Made by a program: the position numbers and the translations under genes. A stretch of 64,000 nt of DNA from Flavobacteriaceae bacterium (GTDB taxonomy: Bacteria; Bacteroidota; Bacteroidia; Flavobacteriales; Flavobacteriaceae): contig JADHME010000001.1 in NCBI GenBank assembly GCA_016780245.1, forward strand, positions 12,597 through 76,596, in the 5' to 3' direction. Shown here one piece after another: positions 1 through 9,680 of this stretch. A model generated the notes under the pieces. The model saw nothing but the letters and a program-made list of their open reading frames with translations. It did no database searches and was not told the DNA's origin. Numbering within the stretch: the stretch's first letter is position 1; every line of letters starts with the position of its first letter.

Positions 1-8
1 TTTAATAA

Positions 9-1790
9 TTATTCTTCTTCAGAATCAATATCATCAACTTTAGCATCATCCGGTTCGTCTGGAGCTGAATCTTTATGAGTTAGAAGATGTGATACAACAA
101 CTCTTTTAAATTCCTTACTAAACTCTATAACTTTAAAATCTACCTTGTCTCCTTTAGATAATTTAGATCCATCTTCTTTGTCAAGATGTCTAGTTGGACA
201 AAAAGCAGAAATATCTTCATTAAAGTTTATTATAGCTCCTTTTTCAATAACTTCAGACACTTCAGAATTATGAAGTGTATCTACAGCAAAATCTTTTTCA
301 TATACGTCCCATGGATTAGGTTTTGTTTGTTTATGACCTAAACTAAGTTTTCTACCCTCAACATCAAGATCAAGAATAACAACTTCAATTTTGTCATTCA
401 ATGCTAAAAATTCTGAAGGATGTTTAATCTTTTTTGTCCATGATAAGTCAGATATATAAATTAGACCGTCTATACCTTCTTCAAGTTCAATAAAAACTCC
501 AAAGTTTGTAAAGTTCCTTACTGACCCAGTATGTTTGGAACCTATTGGAAACTTCTTAGTAATATCAGTCCAAGGATCTTGTGTTAATTGTTTAATTCCC
601 AAAGACATTTTTCTAGATTCTCTATCAAGAGTTAAAACTACAGCTTCAATTTCATCTCCAACGTTTACAAAATCTTGAGCACTTCTTAAGTGTGTTGACC
701 ATGACATCTCAGATACATGGACTAGGCCTTCTATACCTTCATCAACTTCTATAAATGCACCATAATCTGCTATTACAACTACTTTACCTTTTATCTTAGA
801 ACCTTCTTTTACATTATCTCCTAATTTATCCCATGGGTGATCAGTTAATTGTTTAAGACCTAATTGAATTTTGGATTTATCATCATCAAAATCTAGTATT
901 ACAACTTTAATTGATTGGTCAAGCTCTAAAATCTCAGATGGATGATTTATTCTACTCCATGACAAATCTGTAATATGAATTAGGCCATCAACACCACCTA
1001 AATCAATAAATACTCCATATGAAGTCATGTTTTTAACAGTTCCTTCAAGAACTTGTCCTTTCTCAAGCTGACCAATAATACCTTTCTTTTGTTCTTCAAT
1101 ATCAGCTTCAATTAAAGCCTTGTGAGATACAACTACATTCTTGAACTCGTGATTAATCTTAACCACTTTGAAGTCCATGTTCTTGTTAGTGTATTGATTG
1201 TAATCTCTAATTGGTTTGACATCTATCTGAGATCCTGGAAGGAAGGCTTCAATCCCAAAAACATCTACAATCATACCACCTTTTGTTCTACACTTAACAA
1301 AGCCTTGAACAACTTCACCAGAATCATGAGCTGCATTAACTCTATCCCAAGCTTTAATAACTCTTGCTTTTCTATGAGAAAGAACTAATTGACCAGACTT
1401 ATCTTCTCTTGTATCTACAATTACTTCAACTTTATCACCTAATTTAAGATCAGGATTATATCTAAACTCATTTTTTGAAATTACTCCTTCTGACTTAGCA
1501 TTAATATCAATAATGACATCTTTCTCTGTCATATGAATCACTTCACCAAGAATAATATTATCATCTGAAGTGTCAACAAAATTTTTCTCTACCAACTTCT
1601 CAAACTCCTTAATTTGTTTCTCATCTAATTCGTCAATACCTTCCTTGTATTGATGCCAGTTAAAATTGGTTAAGAAATCATCTTGTGGATCAACCTTTTT
1701 GGTTGACTTTTTAGCAGGAGCTTTTTTTGGAGTTTTTGTTAGTGTCTTTGACTCCTCAGGTTTAGTTTTTTCAGTATTTTCTTCGCTCAT
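9..1790 (-). CDS. rpsA: 30S ribosomal protein S1
   Basis: ORF-track frame 9..1799. Tandem S1/OB repeats (recurring G.V..G.V......G.F(I/V)(D/E) blocks) and a Lys-rich N-terminal tail, ~590 aa as in Bacteroidota S1. The track start is TTG at 1799 and lies inside a promoter-like box, so the first ATG (MSEEN) at 1790 is preferred. Confidence 0.93.
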   Translation of the reverse strand: MSEENTEKTKPEESKTLTKTPKKAPAKKSTKKVDPQDDFLTNFNWHQYKEGIDELDEKQIKEFEKLVEKNFVDTSDDNIILGEVIHMTEKDVIIDINAKSEGVISKNEFRYNPDLKLGDKVEVIVDTREDKSGQLVLSHRKARVIKAWDRVNAAHDSGEVVQGFVKCRTKGGMIVDVFGIEAFLPGSQIDVKPIRDYNQYTNKNMDFKVVKINHEFKNVVVSHKALIEADIEEQKKGIIGQLEKGQVLEGTVKNMTSYGVFIDLGGVDGLIHITDLSWSRINHPSEILELDQSIKVVILDFDDDKSKIQLGLKQLTDHPWDKLGDNVKEGSKIKGKVVVIADYGAFIEVDEGIEGLVHVSEMSWSTHLRSAQDFVNVGDEIEAVVLTLDRESRKMSLGIKQLTQDPWTDITKKFPIGSKHTGSVRNFTNFGVFIELEEGIDGLIYISDLSWTKKIKHPSEFLALNDKIEVVILDLDVEGRKLSLGHKQTKPNPWDVYEKDFAVDTLHNSEVSEVIEKGAIINFNEDISAFCPTRHLDKEDGSKLSKGDKVDFKVIEFSKEFKRVVVSHLLTHKDSAPDEPDDAKVDDIDSEEE

Positions 1791-1796
1791 AGTGCG

Positions 1797-1827
1797 CAAA
1801 AATATAATTTATTAATTTATTGACAAA
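1797..1827 (-). promoter_or_regulatory. promoter candidate for rpsA: -33 TTTG / N19 / -7 TATTTTTG
   Basis: On the minus strand, TTTG (plus-strand CAAA 1824..1827), a 19-nt spacer, then TATTTTTG (plus-strand CAAAAATA 1797..1804). This is canonical Bacteroidota spacing. The -7 box ends 6 nt before the rpsA ATG. Confidence 0.45.
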
Positions 1828-1850
1828 GCTTAGATATGTTTTTTATTACT

Positions 1851-2495
1851 TTAAAAAGTAATTTTTTCAAGTATTTCCTCAAATACCTGATCAATAGCTA
1901 GATAGCTTACATCAATTCCATAAGCATCTTCAGCTTTTTTGAGTGGAGCAATTTCTCTAGTTGAGTCTATATCATCTCTTTCTTTTATCTCTCTTTCAAT
2001 AGATTCAATTTTGACAGTTTCATCATTTATTTCTTTATGACGCCTTTGAGCTCTAATTTCAGGAATAGCATACAAGAAGAATTTATAATCAGCATCAGGA
2101 AACACGACAGTTCCAATATCCCTTCCATCAACAACTATAGAATTTAACTTAGATGATTTTCTTAAAAGATTATATACAAAGTTTCTTATTTCAGGTTTTT
2201 TTGCATATTCACTAACATTTACTGACACCTTATGCCCTCTTATTTTAGATGTTACATCTTCACCATTTAAAAAGATTGAGAAACTATCATTTTCAAATTT
2301 TTGAGAAATATCAATTTTACTAAAAAGATCATTTCCTAATGTTTCTTTTGGGTTTATTTGATTTCTTATTAAATAAAGAGTTATTGCCCTATAGTATGCG
2401 CCTGAATCTCTATAATTAATATTTAACCTTTTTGCAATTTTCTTTGCCTGAGTACTTTTGCCAGTAGAGGCCTCACCATCAATTGCTATTATCAT
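1851..2495 (-). CDS. cmk: cytidylate kinase
   Basis: P-loop IAIDGEASTGKST followed by a YRDSGAYYRA segment typical of CMP kinase. Located directly upstream of rpsA, a common linkage. Confidence 0.88.
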   Translation of the reverse strand: MIIAIDGEASTGKSTQAKKIAKRLNINYRDSGAYYRAITLYLIRNQINPKETLGNDLFSKIDISQKFENDSFSIFLNGEDVTSKIRGHKVSVNVSEYAKKPEIRNFVYNLLRKSSKLNSIVVDGRDIGTVVFPDADYKFFLYAIPEIRAQRRHKEINDETVKIESIEREIKERDDIDSTREIAPLKKAEDAYGIDVSYLAIDQVFEEILEKITF

Positions 2496-2500
2496 AAAAA

Positions 2501-4954
2501 TTAATTTATATTTTTTGGATTTAAGACCTTTCTATTTGTAAGAGAGTGAGATATTACATCACTCATGTTATTAACGTATATATAGTTTAAGCCCTTAAGA
2601 TATTTTCGATCTATTTCTTCAATATCCTTTTTATTATATGAACTTAAAATAATTTCCTTAATATTTGCTCTTTTAGCAGCCAAAATCTTTTCTTTTATTC
2701 CTCCAACAGGGAGAACCTTTCCTCTTAGAGTAATCTCACCCGTCATAGCGATATTCTTTTTAACTCTTTTTTGAGTAAATAATGAGACAAGGGATGTAAG
2801 TATGGTTATACCCGCGCTTGGACCATCTTTAGGAGTTGCTCCCTCAGGAACGTGAATATGTATATTATATTTTGAGTAATCAATTTCTTTATTGATTCCG
2901 AGATCTTGGTAGTTAGATTTAATGTACTCTAATGCAATAACGGCTGATTCCTTCATTATTTTTCCAAGGTTACCTGTAATCGACAGGTTTCCTTTACCCT
3001 CTGATAATGATGATTCAATAAATAGAATTTCACCACCTACAGAAGTCCATGCAAGACCTGTAACTACTCCAGCGAAATTATTGTTTTCATATTTATCCCT
3101 AAAAAATTTCTGAGGTCCTAATACATCTTTTAAATAATCTTCGTCATTGTAGTCGTTCAACTTAGAATTTGAAACAATTTTTTTAGCTCTGTTTCTAATA
3201 AGCTTAGCAATTTGTTTCTCAAGATTTCTAACCCCAGATTCTCTTGTGTAGCCACTAATAATCTCTTTGATATTTTTATTAGATATTTTAAAATCAGAAG
3301 AATTCATTCCATGCTCAGACAACTGTTTTTTAATTAAAAACTTATTTGCAATTGAGACTTTCTCCTCAGATGTATAACCAGACACGTTAATTAGCTCCAT
3401 TCTATCAAGTAAAGCAGGATGCATTGTTGATAGATTATTAGCTGTTGCGACAAACATTACTTTTGAAAGGTCATAGCCTATTTCTAAGAAATTATCATGA
3501 AAAGAACTATTTTGTTCAGGATCAAGCAACTCTAACAAAGCAGATGAAGGATCACCTTGTGATCCACTTGAAATCTTATCAATTTCATCTAAAACAAAAA
3601 CTGGATTGGATGTACCTGATTTTCTTATACTTTGTATAATTCTTCCAGGCATTGCTCCAATGTATGTCTTTCTATGTCCTCTAATTTCAGCTTCATCTCT
3701 TAATCCACCCAACGAAACTCTAACATACTCTCTGTTTATTGATTTAGCTATAGATTTACCAAGTGAAGTTTTACCTACACCAGGAGGACCATATAAACAT
3801 AAAATTGGTGACTTCATGTCTTTTCTTAATTTGAGAACAGCTAAATACTCTATTATTCTTTTTTTTACATCCTCAAGCCCAAAATGATCATTATCTAAAA
3901 TTTTTTGAGCTTTTTCTAAGTCAAAACTATCTTCAGAATAGTTTTCCCATGGCAGATCAACTAGTAGGTCCAAATAGTTTCTTTGAACAGAATATTCTGC
4001 AACCTGAGAGTTCATCCTCTTTAGTTTAGATAACTCTTTTTCAAAATGATTTCTTGTTTCTTCACTCCAATTTTTGTCTTTTGACTTATTTATCAATTCT
4101 TGAATATCTTCATGATATGAATTTTCCCCAAGCTCCTCTTGAATTGTTTTCATCTGCTGCTGCAAATAATATTCTCTTTGCTGCTGATCTAAATCATTCC
4201 TTACTTTTGATTGTATATCGTTTTTTAGAGCTAGTTTTTCATATTCTACATTTAAGAACTTAAGACATTTCATGGCTCTATTCTGGATACTTGTACTTTC
4301 AAGTAGCTCTTGTTTGTCTTTGACACTAATGTTCATGTTTGAGGAAACAAAATTGATCAAGAATGCAGAACTATGGATATTTTTAATTGCAAATGATGCC
4401 TCTGATGGGATGTTAGGATTCTCTTTTATAATTTTTAAAGCTATATCCTTTATAGCATCAATTGTTGCAGAGAACTTACTGTTTGATTTTTTTAATGCCT
4501 CATCAGAAATAGGATCAACAGTTGCTTGAATGTATGGATCAGTTTTAACAATAGATTTAATCTTAAATCTTTTTTTTCCTTGTATAATAACAGTTGTATT
4601 TCCATCAGGCATTTTCAAAACCCTTAATATTTTTGCTACAGTACCTACTCCATATATATTTTCTATGCCTGGGTTTTCATCATTAATGTTTCTTTGAGCT
4701 ACAACTCCAATTAATTTACTAGACTTATTAGCATCTTTAATAAGTTTTATTGATTTATCCCTACCTGCATTTATTGGGATAACTACACCAGGAAAAAGTA
4801 CTGTATTTGTAAGAGGAAGAATTGGCAATACATCTGGTAAACTTTCTTTTTCAAGTGCCTCTTCATCTTCATTTGTCATTAATGGAATAAAATCAGATTC
4901 CTCACTAATATCATCAAATGACATTTTGTCTATATTATTAAAAATAATGCTCAT
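2501..4954 (-). CDS. lon: ATP-dependent Lon protease
   Basis: 817 aa. LON N-domain, AAA+ Walker A GPPGVGKTS, Walker B VFVLDEIDK, C-terminal protease motif PKDGPSAG. Confidence 0.95.
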   Translation of the reverse strand: MSIIFNNIDKMSFDDISEESDFIPLMTNEDEEALEKESLPDVLPILPLTNTVLFPGVVIPINAGRDKSIKLIKDANKSSKLIGVVAQRNINDENPGIENIYGVGTVAKILRVLKMPDGNTTVIIQGKKRFKIKSIVKTDPYIQATVDPISDEALKKSNSKFSATIDAIKDIALKIIKENPNIPSEASFAIKNIHSSAFLINFVSSNMNISVKDKQELLESTSIQNRAMKCLKFLNVEYEKLALKNDIQSKVRNDLDQQQREYYLQQQMKTIQEELGENSYHEDIQELINKSKDKNWSEETRNHFEKELSKLKRMNSQVAEYSVQRNYLDLLVDLPWENYSEDSFDLEKAQKILDNDHFGLEDVKKRIIEYLAVLKLRKDMKSPILCLYGPPGVGKTSLGKSIAKSINREYVRVSLGGLRDEAEIRGHRKTYIGAMPGRIIQSIRKSGTSNPVFVLDEIDKISSGSQGDPSSALLELLDPEQNSSFHDNFLEIGYDLSKVMFVATANNLSTMHPALLDRMELINVSGYTSEEKVSIANKFLIKKQLSEHGMNSSDFKISNKNIKEIISGYTRESGVRNLEKQIAKLIRNRAKKIVSNSKLNDYNDEDYLKDVLGPQKFFRDKYENNNFAGVVTGLAWTSVGGEILFIESSLSEGKGNLSITGNLGKIMKESAVIALEYIKSNYQDLGINKEIDYSKYNIHIHVPEGATPKDGPSAGITILTSLVSLFTQKRVKKNIAMTGEITLRGKVLPVGGIKEKILAAKRANIKEIILSSYNKKDIEEIDRKYLKGLNYIYVNNMSDVISHSLTNRKVLNPKNIN

Positions 4955-5056
4955 TCAAAACTATTTATGGTCATTATGTCAGAAAAACAAGATATCAGTT
5001 CGTTTAATTGAATTGATAAAGTTCAGACAATAATCACACTTAATTAAGGACAAAAG

Positions 5057-6379
5057 CTATGCCAACTTACTTTTGTCAATTCTAGGAACTCTAATCAATA
5101 ATAAAGCTCCAACAAAAAAGAAAAACATAAAAATTAAAACTGAGAATCTAACTGAGCCTGTTAATTGAGTAGAAAAGGCATAGAAAAGCAAACCAAAGAA
5201 AATACCTATTTTTTCAGTTACATCATAAAAACTAAAAAAAGATGTTGTATCCTTTGTTTCAGGTATAAACAGAGAAAAGGTAGCTCTAGCAACAGGTTGT
5301 GTTCCCCCCATTAAAAGGCCAACAAGTCCTGCAATCATGTAAAATTGATTTGGAGTTTCAATATAATAGGCATAGAAACATACTAATGACCAGAGAAAGA
5401 TTGCAAAAGTTAGTACTATAATATTTCCAAATTTTTGAGCCAATTTTGTAAAACTATATGCTCCACCAATTGCAACAATCTGAATAAGTAAAATGCTAAT
5501 TATAAGACCAGCTGTTTGTTCACTAGCACTTGGCCACTGAATTTCAGTAACTCCAAAGTAAGATGCAATATAAAGTACAGTTTGCAGAGAAAATGAAAAA
5601 ATGAAAAATGCTAACAAGAATCTTGTAAACCTTTTACTAGATCTAATAACCTTATAAACGCTTCTTAACTCCTTAAACCCATTCCAAATAATATTTTTTG
5701 GAATATTTATCTCCCTATTTCCTTTAGGTAAATGATAAAAAGAGTATTGACTAAAACCTAACCACCACAAACCAGTTAATACAAAAGACATCTTCATGGC
5801 ATTTTTATCAGAACTAAACCCAAAATCTTCATAGAAATAAATCATTATTAGATTTATCAAGAGAAGTATAACACTTCCTACATACCCCATTGTATATCCT
5901 CTAGCACTTACCATATTTGTTTGTTTGGGAAAAGTAATATCATTTAAATATGAATTGTAATAGACCAGACTACCCCAGAATCCAAGTAATGACAGGAAAT
6001 ATAGGATAAGACTGAACTCTATATTTTCTAATTCAAACCAATATAGTCCGATACATGAAATAGAGCCCATGTAGACAAAAAACTTCATAAAAATTTTTTT
6101 ATTACCTATATAATCCGCTATACCACTAAGCACAGGTGATATAAATGCAATTAAAAGGAAACAAATTCCTGAAAGAAAACTAATCAAGGTGTCTTTGTTT
6201 ACGTCTACACTAAATATCATAATTGAACTGACATCAGAGAAAACATATGTAGAGTAATATATTGGAAAAATTGCTGAAGAAATAACCAACGAATAAACTG
6301 AATTTGCCCAGTCATATATTGTCCATGCACCAATCAATTTTTTACTTCCTTTTGGATGGTTGGTTTTTTTATTTAGCAT
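5057..6379 (-). CDS. MFS transporter (UMF1/Atg22-like), substrate unknown
   Basis: 440 aa, about 12 hydrophobic spans. General resemblance to UMF1-family MFS permeases. No substrate can be inferred. Confidence 0.7.
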   Translation of the reverse strand: MLNKKTNHPKGSKKLIGAWTIYDWANSVYSLVISSAIFPIYYSTYVFSDVSSIMIFSVDVNKDTLISFLSGICFLLIAFISPVLSGIADYIGNKKIFMKFFVYMGSISCIGLYWFELENIEFSLILYFLSLLGFWGSLVYYNSYLNDITFPKQTNMVSARGYTMGYVGSVILLLINLIMIYFYEDFGFSSDKNAMKMSFVLTGLWWLGFSQYSFYHLPKGNREINIPKNIIWNGFKELRSVYKVIRSSKRFTRFLLAFFIFSFSLQTVLYIASYFGVTEIQWPSASEQTAGLIISILLIQIVAIGGAYSFTKLAQKFGNIIVLTFAIFLWSLVCFYAYYIETPNQFYMIAGLVGLLMGGTQPVARATFSLFIPETKDTTSFFSFYDVTEKIGIFFGLLFYAFSTQLTGSVRFSVLIFMFFFFVGALLLIRVPRIDKSKLA

Positions 6380-6424
6380 AAATTTAAATGATTGACAAAG
6401 TAAGTAAATAAATTAAAAGATATA

Positions 6425-6432
6425 TATATTTG
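6425..6432 (+). promoter_or_regulatory. -7 box TATATTTG upstream of msrB-lpdA
   Basis: Exact TAnnTTTG match 13 nt upstream of the msrB ATG. Confidence 0.3.
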
Positions 6433-6445
6433 TCAAAAAATATAG

Positions 6446-6940
6446 ATGTACTTAAAGTTGCACTTATTTGGACTAGTTTTTTTTAGTTTTACACTATTAA
6501 ACTGCCAAACACAATTAGATAAAGAAGAACCAAAAATAACCTATAAAGTGAATAAATCAGAAGAAGAGTGGAAAGAAGAATTATCTCCTGAAGAATTTGA
6601 GATACTAAGAAATGCGGGAACTGAAAGGCCCCATACGGGAATATATAATATGCATTTTGAAGATGGGGTTTATGTATGCAAGGGATGCGGACAACCTCTA
6701 TTTAAAAGCGGAAGTAAGTTTATGTCCGATTGTGGCTGGCCAAGCTATGAAGGAGCAATTCCAGGTGCAATTGTCTACAGAAAAGATACAAGTTTAGGAA
6801 TGATTAGAACTGAAATTTTATGTTCTAACTGTGGAGGGCATCAAGGACATGTCTTTGATGATGGTCCAACGGCAACTGGCAAAAGATATTGTGTAAATTC
6901 TGCAAGTATAAATTTTATAAATAATAAAAGAAATGACTAA
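6446..6940 (+). CDS. msrB: peptide-methionine (R)-S-oxide reductase MsrB with an export/lipoprotein-like signal
   Basis: Two CxxC zinc pairs (CKGC, CSNC) and catalytic RYCVNS motif. The N-terminus MYLKLHLFGLVFFSFTLLNC looks like a signal peptide with a lipobox-like Cys. Confidence 0.9.
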   Translation: MYLKLHLFGLVFFSFTLLNCQTQLDKEEPKITYKVNKSEEEWKEELSPEEFEILRNAGTERPHTGIYNMHFEDGVYVCKGCGQPLFKSGSKFMSDCGWPSYEGAIPGAIVYRKDTSLGMIRTEILCSNCGGHQGHVFDDGPTATGKRYCVNSASINFINNKRND

Positions 6941-8324
6941 AAAATACGATTTAATTGTTCTAGGAAGTGGTCCAGGTGGATATGTTACTGCAATTAGGGC
7001 GTCTCAACTAGGACTAAAGACTGCTATAGTTGAAAAAGAAAGTCTGGGTGGAGTTTGTTTAAATTGGGGATGTATCCCAACTAAGGCTCTATTAAAGTCA
7101 GCACAGGTATTCGAATACTTAAAAAAAGCTGATTCATATGGACTAAAAGTTAAAGATTTTGATAAAGATTTTGACTCGGTTGTTAAAAGGTCAAGAAGTG
7201 TAGCTGATGGAATGAGTAAAGGAGTAACTTTTTTAATGAAGAAGAACAAGATTGATGTCATTAATGGTTATGGTAAAGTATTACCAAACAAAAAAGTTTC
7301 AGTTGAAAATGATGGTGAAGCACAAGAATTTGAGTCTTCTAATATCATTATAGCTACAGGAGGTAGATCAAGAGTAATTGACTCTATCCCTCAAGATGGC
7401 AAAAAAATCATTGGTTATAGAGAGGCGATGACACTTCCTAAACAACCTAAAAAAATAATAATTGTTGGATCAGGTGCAATTGGAATTGAATTTGCATATT
7501 TCTATAATTCTATGGGTACTGAGGTGAAAATAATTGAATATTTAGACAGAGTGCTACCTGTTGAAGATAAAGATATTTCAAATCAACTAAGCAAAAATTT
7601 TAAGAAGTCAGGAATTGAGATACTAACTAGCTCTGAAGTTATTTCATCTGACACTAAGGGCAAGGGTGTGAAGCTTCAAGTTAAATCTAATGGTCAAATA
7701 TCTGAGCATGAAGCTGAAATTGTCTTATCTGCAGTAGGTGTAAAAAGCAATATAGAGGGTATTGGACTTGAAGAAGTTGGAATAGCAGTTGATAAAGACA
7801 AAATTATAGTTGATGAATTTTATCAAACAAATATTCCTGGATACTATGCAATTGGAGATGTTACATCTGGTCAAGCACTAGCGCATGTTGCTTCAGCTGA
7901 GGGAATACTTTGTGTTGAAAAAATTGCTAAACATGAGGTAGAGCCAATTGATTATGATAATATTCCTGGATGTACTTATTGTTTTCCTGAGGTTGCATCT
8001 GTTGGATTAACTGAAGAGAAAGCTATTGAAAAAGGATATCAAGTTAAGGTTGGAAAATTTCCTTTCACTGCATCTGGAAAGGCTCAAGCATCTGGTCATC
8101 CAGATGGATTTGTTAAGGTTATTTTTGATGAAAAGTATGGAGAGTGGTTGGGTTGTCACATGATTGGTGCTGGAGTTACTGATATGATTGCAGAAGCTGT
8201 TTTAGGCAGGAAACTTGAGACAACGGGTAAAGAAATTCTTAAGTCTGTTCACCCTCACCCTACAATGAGTGAAGCATTAATGGAGGCTGTTGCAGATGCT
8301 TACGATGAAGTTATTCATCTTTAG
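6933..8324 (+). CDS. lpdA: dihydrolipoyl dehydrogenase (E3)
   Basis: FAD fold GSGPGG, redox-active disulfide GGVCLNWGCIPTK, C-terminal HPHPTMSE interface motif. Overlaps msrB by 8 nt. Confidence 0.93.
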   Translation: MTKKYDLIVLGSGPGGYVTAIRASQLGLKTAIVEKESLGGVCLNWGCIPTKALLKSAQVFEYLKKADSYGLKVKDFDKDFDSVVKRSRSVADGMSKGVTFLMKKNKIDVINGYGKVLPNKKVSVENDGEAQEFESSNIIIATGGRSRVIDSIPQDGKKIIGYREAMTLPKQPKKIIIVGSGAIGIEFAYFYNSMGTEVKIIEYLDRVLPVEDKDISNQLSKNFKKSGIEILTSSEVISSDTKGKGVKLQVKSNGQISEHEAEIVLSAVGVKSNIEGIGLEEVGIAVDKDKIIVDEFYQTNIPGYYAIGDVTSGQALAHVASAEGILCVEKIAKHEVEPIDYDNIPGCTYCFPEVASVGLTEEKAIEKGYQVKVGKFPFTASGKAQASGHPDGFVKVIFDEKYGEWLGCHMIGAGVTDMIAEAVLGRKLETTGKEILKSVHPHPTMSEALMEAVADAYDEVIHL

Positions 8325-8733
8325 GGAGGAAGCTTTCAATTGCTAATTCGTAGCTTTTTAGTCCAAATCCTATAATTATCCCATCAACTACTGGTGATAA
8401 ATATGAGTTATGTCTATATTCTTCTCTTGAAAAAGTATTAGATATATGAACTTCAATAACTTTTGTATCAATTGCTTTTATTGCATCACCTATTCCAACA
8501 GAAGTATGAGTATATGCAGCAGCATTAATTATTATACCATCTGAATCTCTGGAATCTTGAATAAAGTTTATTAATTCACCTTCAACATTTGATTGATGGT
8601 ATTCTAAATTAATGTTAGAATATTTTGATCTAAGTAAATTAAAGAAAGTTTCAAAATCTAGATTCCCATAGATATCAGTCTCTCTTGAGCCAAGGAGATT
8701 CAAATTGGGACCATTAATTATTGATAATTTCAT
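8311..8733 (-). CDS. aroQ: type II 3-dehydroquinate dehydratase
   Basis: 140 aa. N-terminal INGPNLNLLG.RE..IYG and HISN motifs of type II dehydroquinase. Confidence 0.9.
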   Translation of the reverse strand: MKLSIINGPNLNLLGSRETDIYGNLDFETFFNLLRSKYSNINLEYHQSNVEGELINFIQDSRDSDGIIINAAAYTHTSVGIGDAIKAIDTKVIEVHISNTFSREEYRHNSYLSPVVDGIIIGFGLKSYELAIESFLPKDE

Positions 8734-8771
8734 ATATTATAAAGGTAACGCTTAAACAGGAATAAAAAAAA

Positions 8772-9680
8772 ATGAATTGGGATAATAGCATTGAGAATTT
8801 TAAGAATTATCTAAAACTAGAAAGAGGATTGAGTATGAATTCAATAGAAAGTTATGAATTTGATCTAATTCAGTTTAAAAATTTTATAATTGAAAATAGT
8901 ATAAATGAGTCGCCAAAAAAATGTAGCTCATCAACAGTTAAAAGATATCTTTATAAAAATTTTTCAAACAAAAAATCTAGAAGTCAAGCCAGAAGTATCT
9001 CAGCATTAAAAAGTTTCTTTAATTACTTATTATTTGAAGGTGAGATTCATTCGTCTCCGCTGAACGATATAGAAAGTCCTAAAATTGAAAATAAATTACC
9101 AGAGGTTCTTACAGAGGATGAAATAAAAAGATTGATTTCTTCAGTTAATCTTGATTCTGAATTTGGACAAAGAAACAAAACTATAATTGAAGTATTATAT
9201 GGCACAGGCATCAGAGTTAGCGAGCTCATTGAGCTAAAACTATCAAACATTTTTTTTAAAGAAAATATTTTAAAAGTAACTGGAAAGGGAAATAAAGAAA
9301 GGTTTGTCCCATTGGGTAAAATTGCTTTAATAGAGATTAAAAAATATTTAAATGATAGAGATAAATTAAAAATCAATTCAAAATTTTCCGATATACTTTT
9401 TCTAAATAGATATGGGAGACAGCTAACAAGATCAATGATATTTAAGGTTATAAATGATTCTTCAAAAAATGCAGAAATTGATAAAAAAATTAGCCCTCAC
9501 ACACTAAGACACTCATATGCTACTCATCTACTAAAAAATGGTGCAGACTTAAGAACAATACAACTTATACTTGGACATGAGAGTATTACTACAACTGAAA
9601 TATATACACATTTAGATACTTTTCATTTAGAAAATGTTTTAAAAAAATATCACCCTAGAGAAAATAAAAATCAAGATTAG
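8772..9680 (+). CDS. xerD: site-specific tyrosine recombinase XerD-like
   Basis: SAM-like N-domain plus catalytic residues GIRVSEL, HTLRHSYATHLL, GHESITTTEIYTH. Housekeeping context with no flanking mobile genes. Confidence 0.82.
   Translation: MNWDNSIENFKNYLKLERGLSMNSIESYEFDLIQFKNFIIENSINESPKKCSSSTVKRYLYKNFSNKKSRSQARSISALKSFFNYLLFEGEIHSSPLNDIESPKIENKLPEVLTEDEIKRLISSVNLDSEFGQRNKTIIEVLYGTGIRVSELIELKLSNIFFKENILKVTGKGNKERFVPLGKIALIEIKKYLNDRDKLKINSKFSDILFLNRYGRQLTRSMIFKVINDSSKNAEIDKKISPHTLRHSYATHLLKNGADLRTIQLILGHESITTTEIYTHLDTFHLENVLKKYHPRENKNQD

Noticed and set aside
4956-4963. TAGTTTTG (-7 box match) immediately upstream of lon.
   Set aside because: The box ends 1 nt before the ATG at 4954, so transcription from it would start inside the ORF. 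It could only serve the internal Met at 4924, but the longer N-terminus has the length expected for Lon before the conserved IPLMT segment. I treat it as a chance match and keep the 4954 start.
8772-9680. The tyrosine recombinase as a marker of an integrated mobile element or island.
   Set aside because: The sequence looks like housekeeping XerD (SAM-like N-domain, RHSYATHLL, GHESITTTEIYTH). Neighbours are aroQ, lpdA and a two-component system. There are no flanking direct repeats, tRNA gene, phage or transposase genes, and no visible composition shift.
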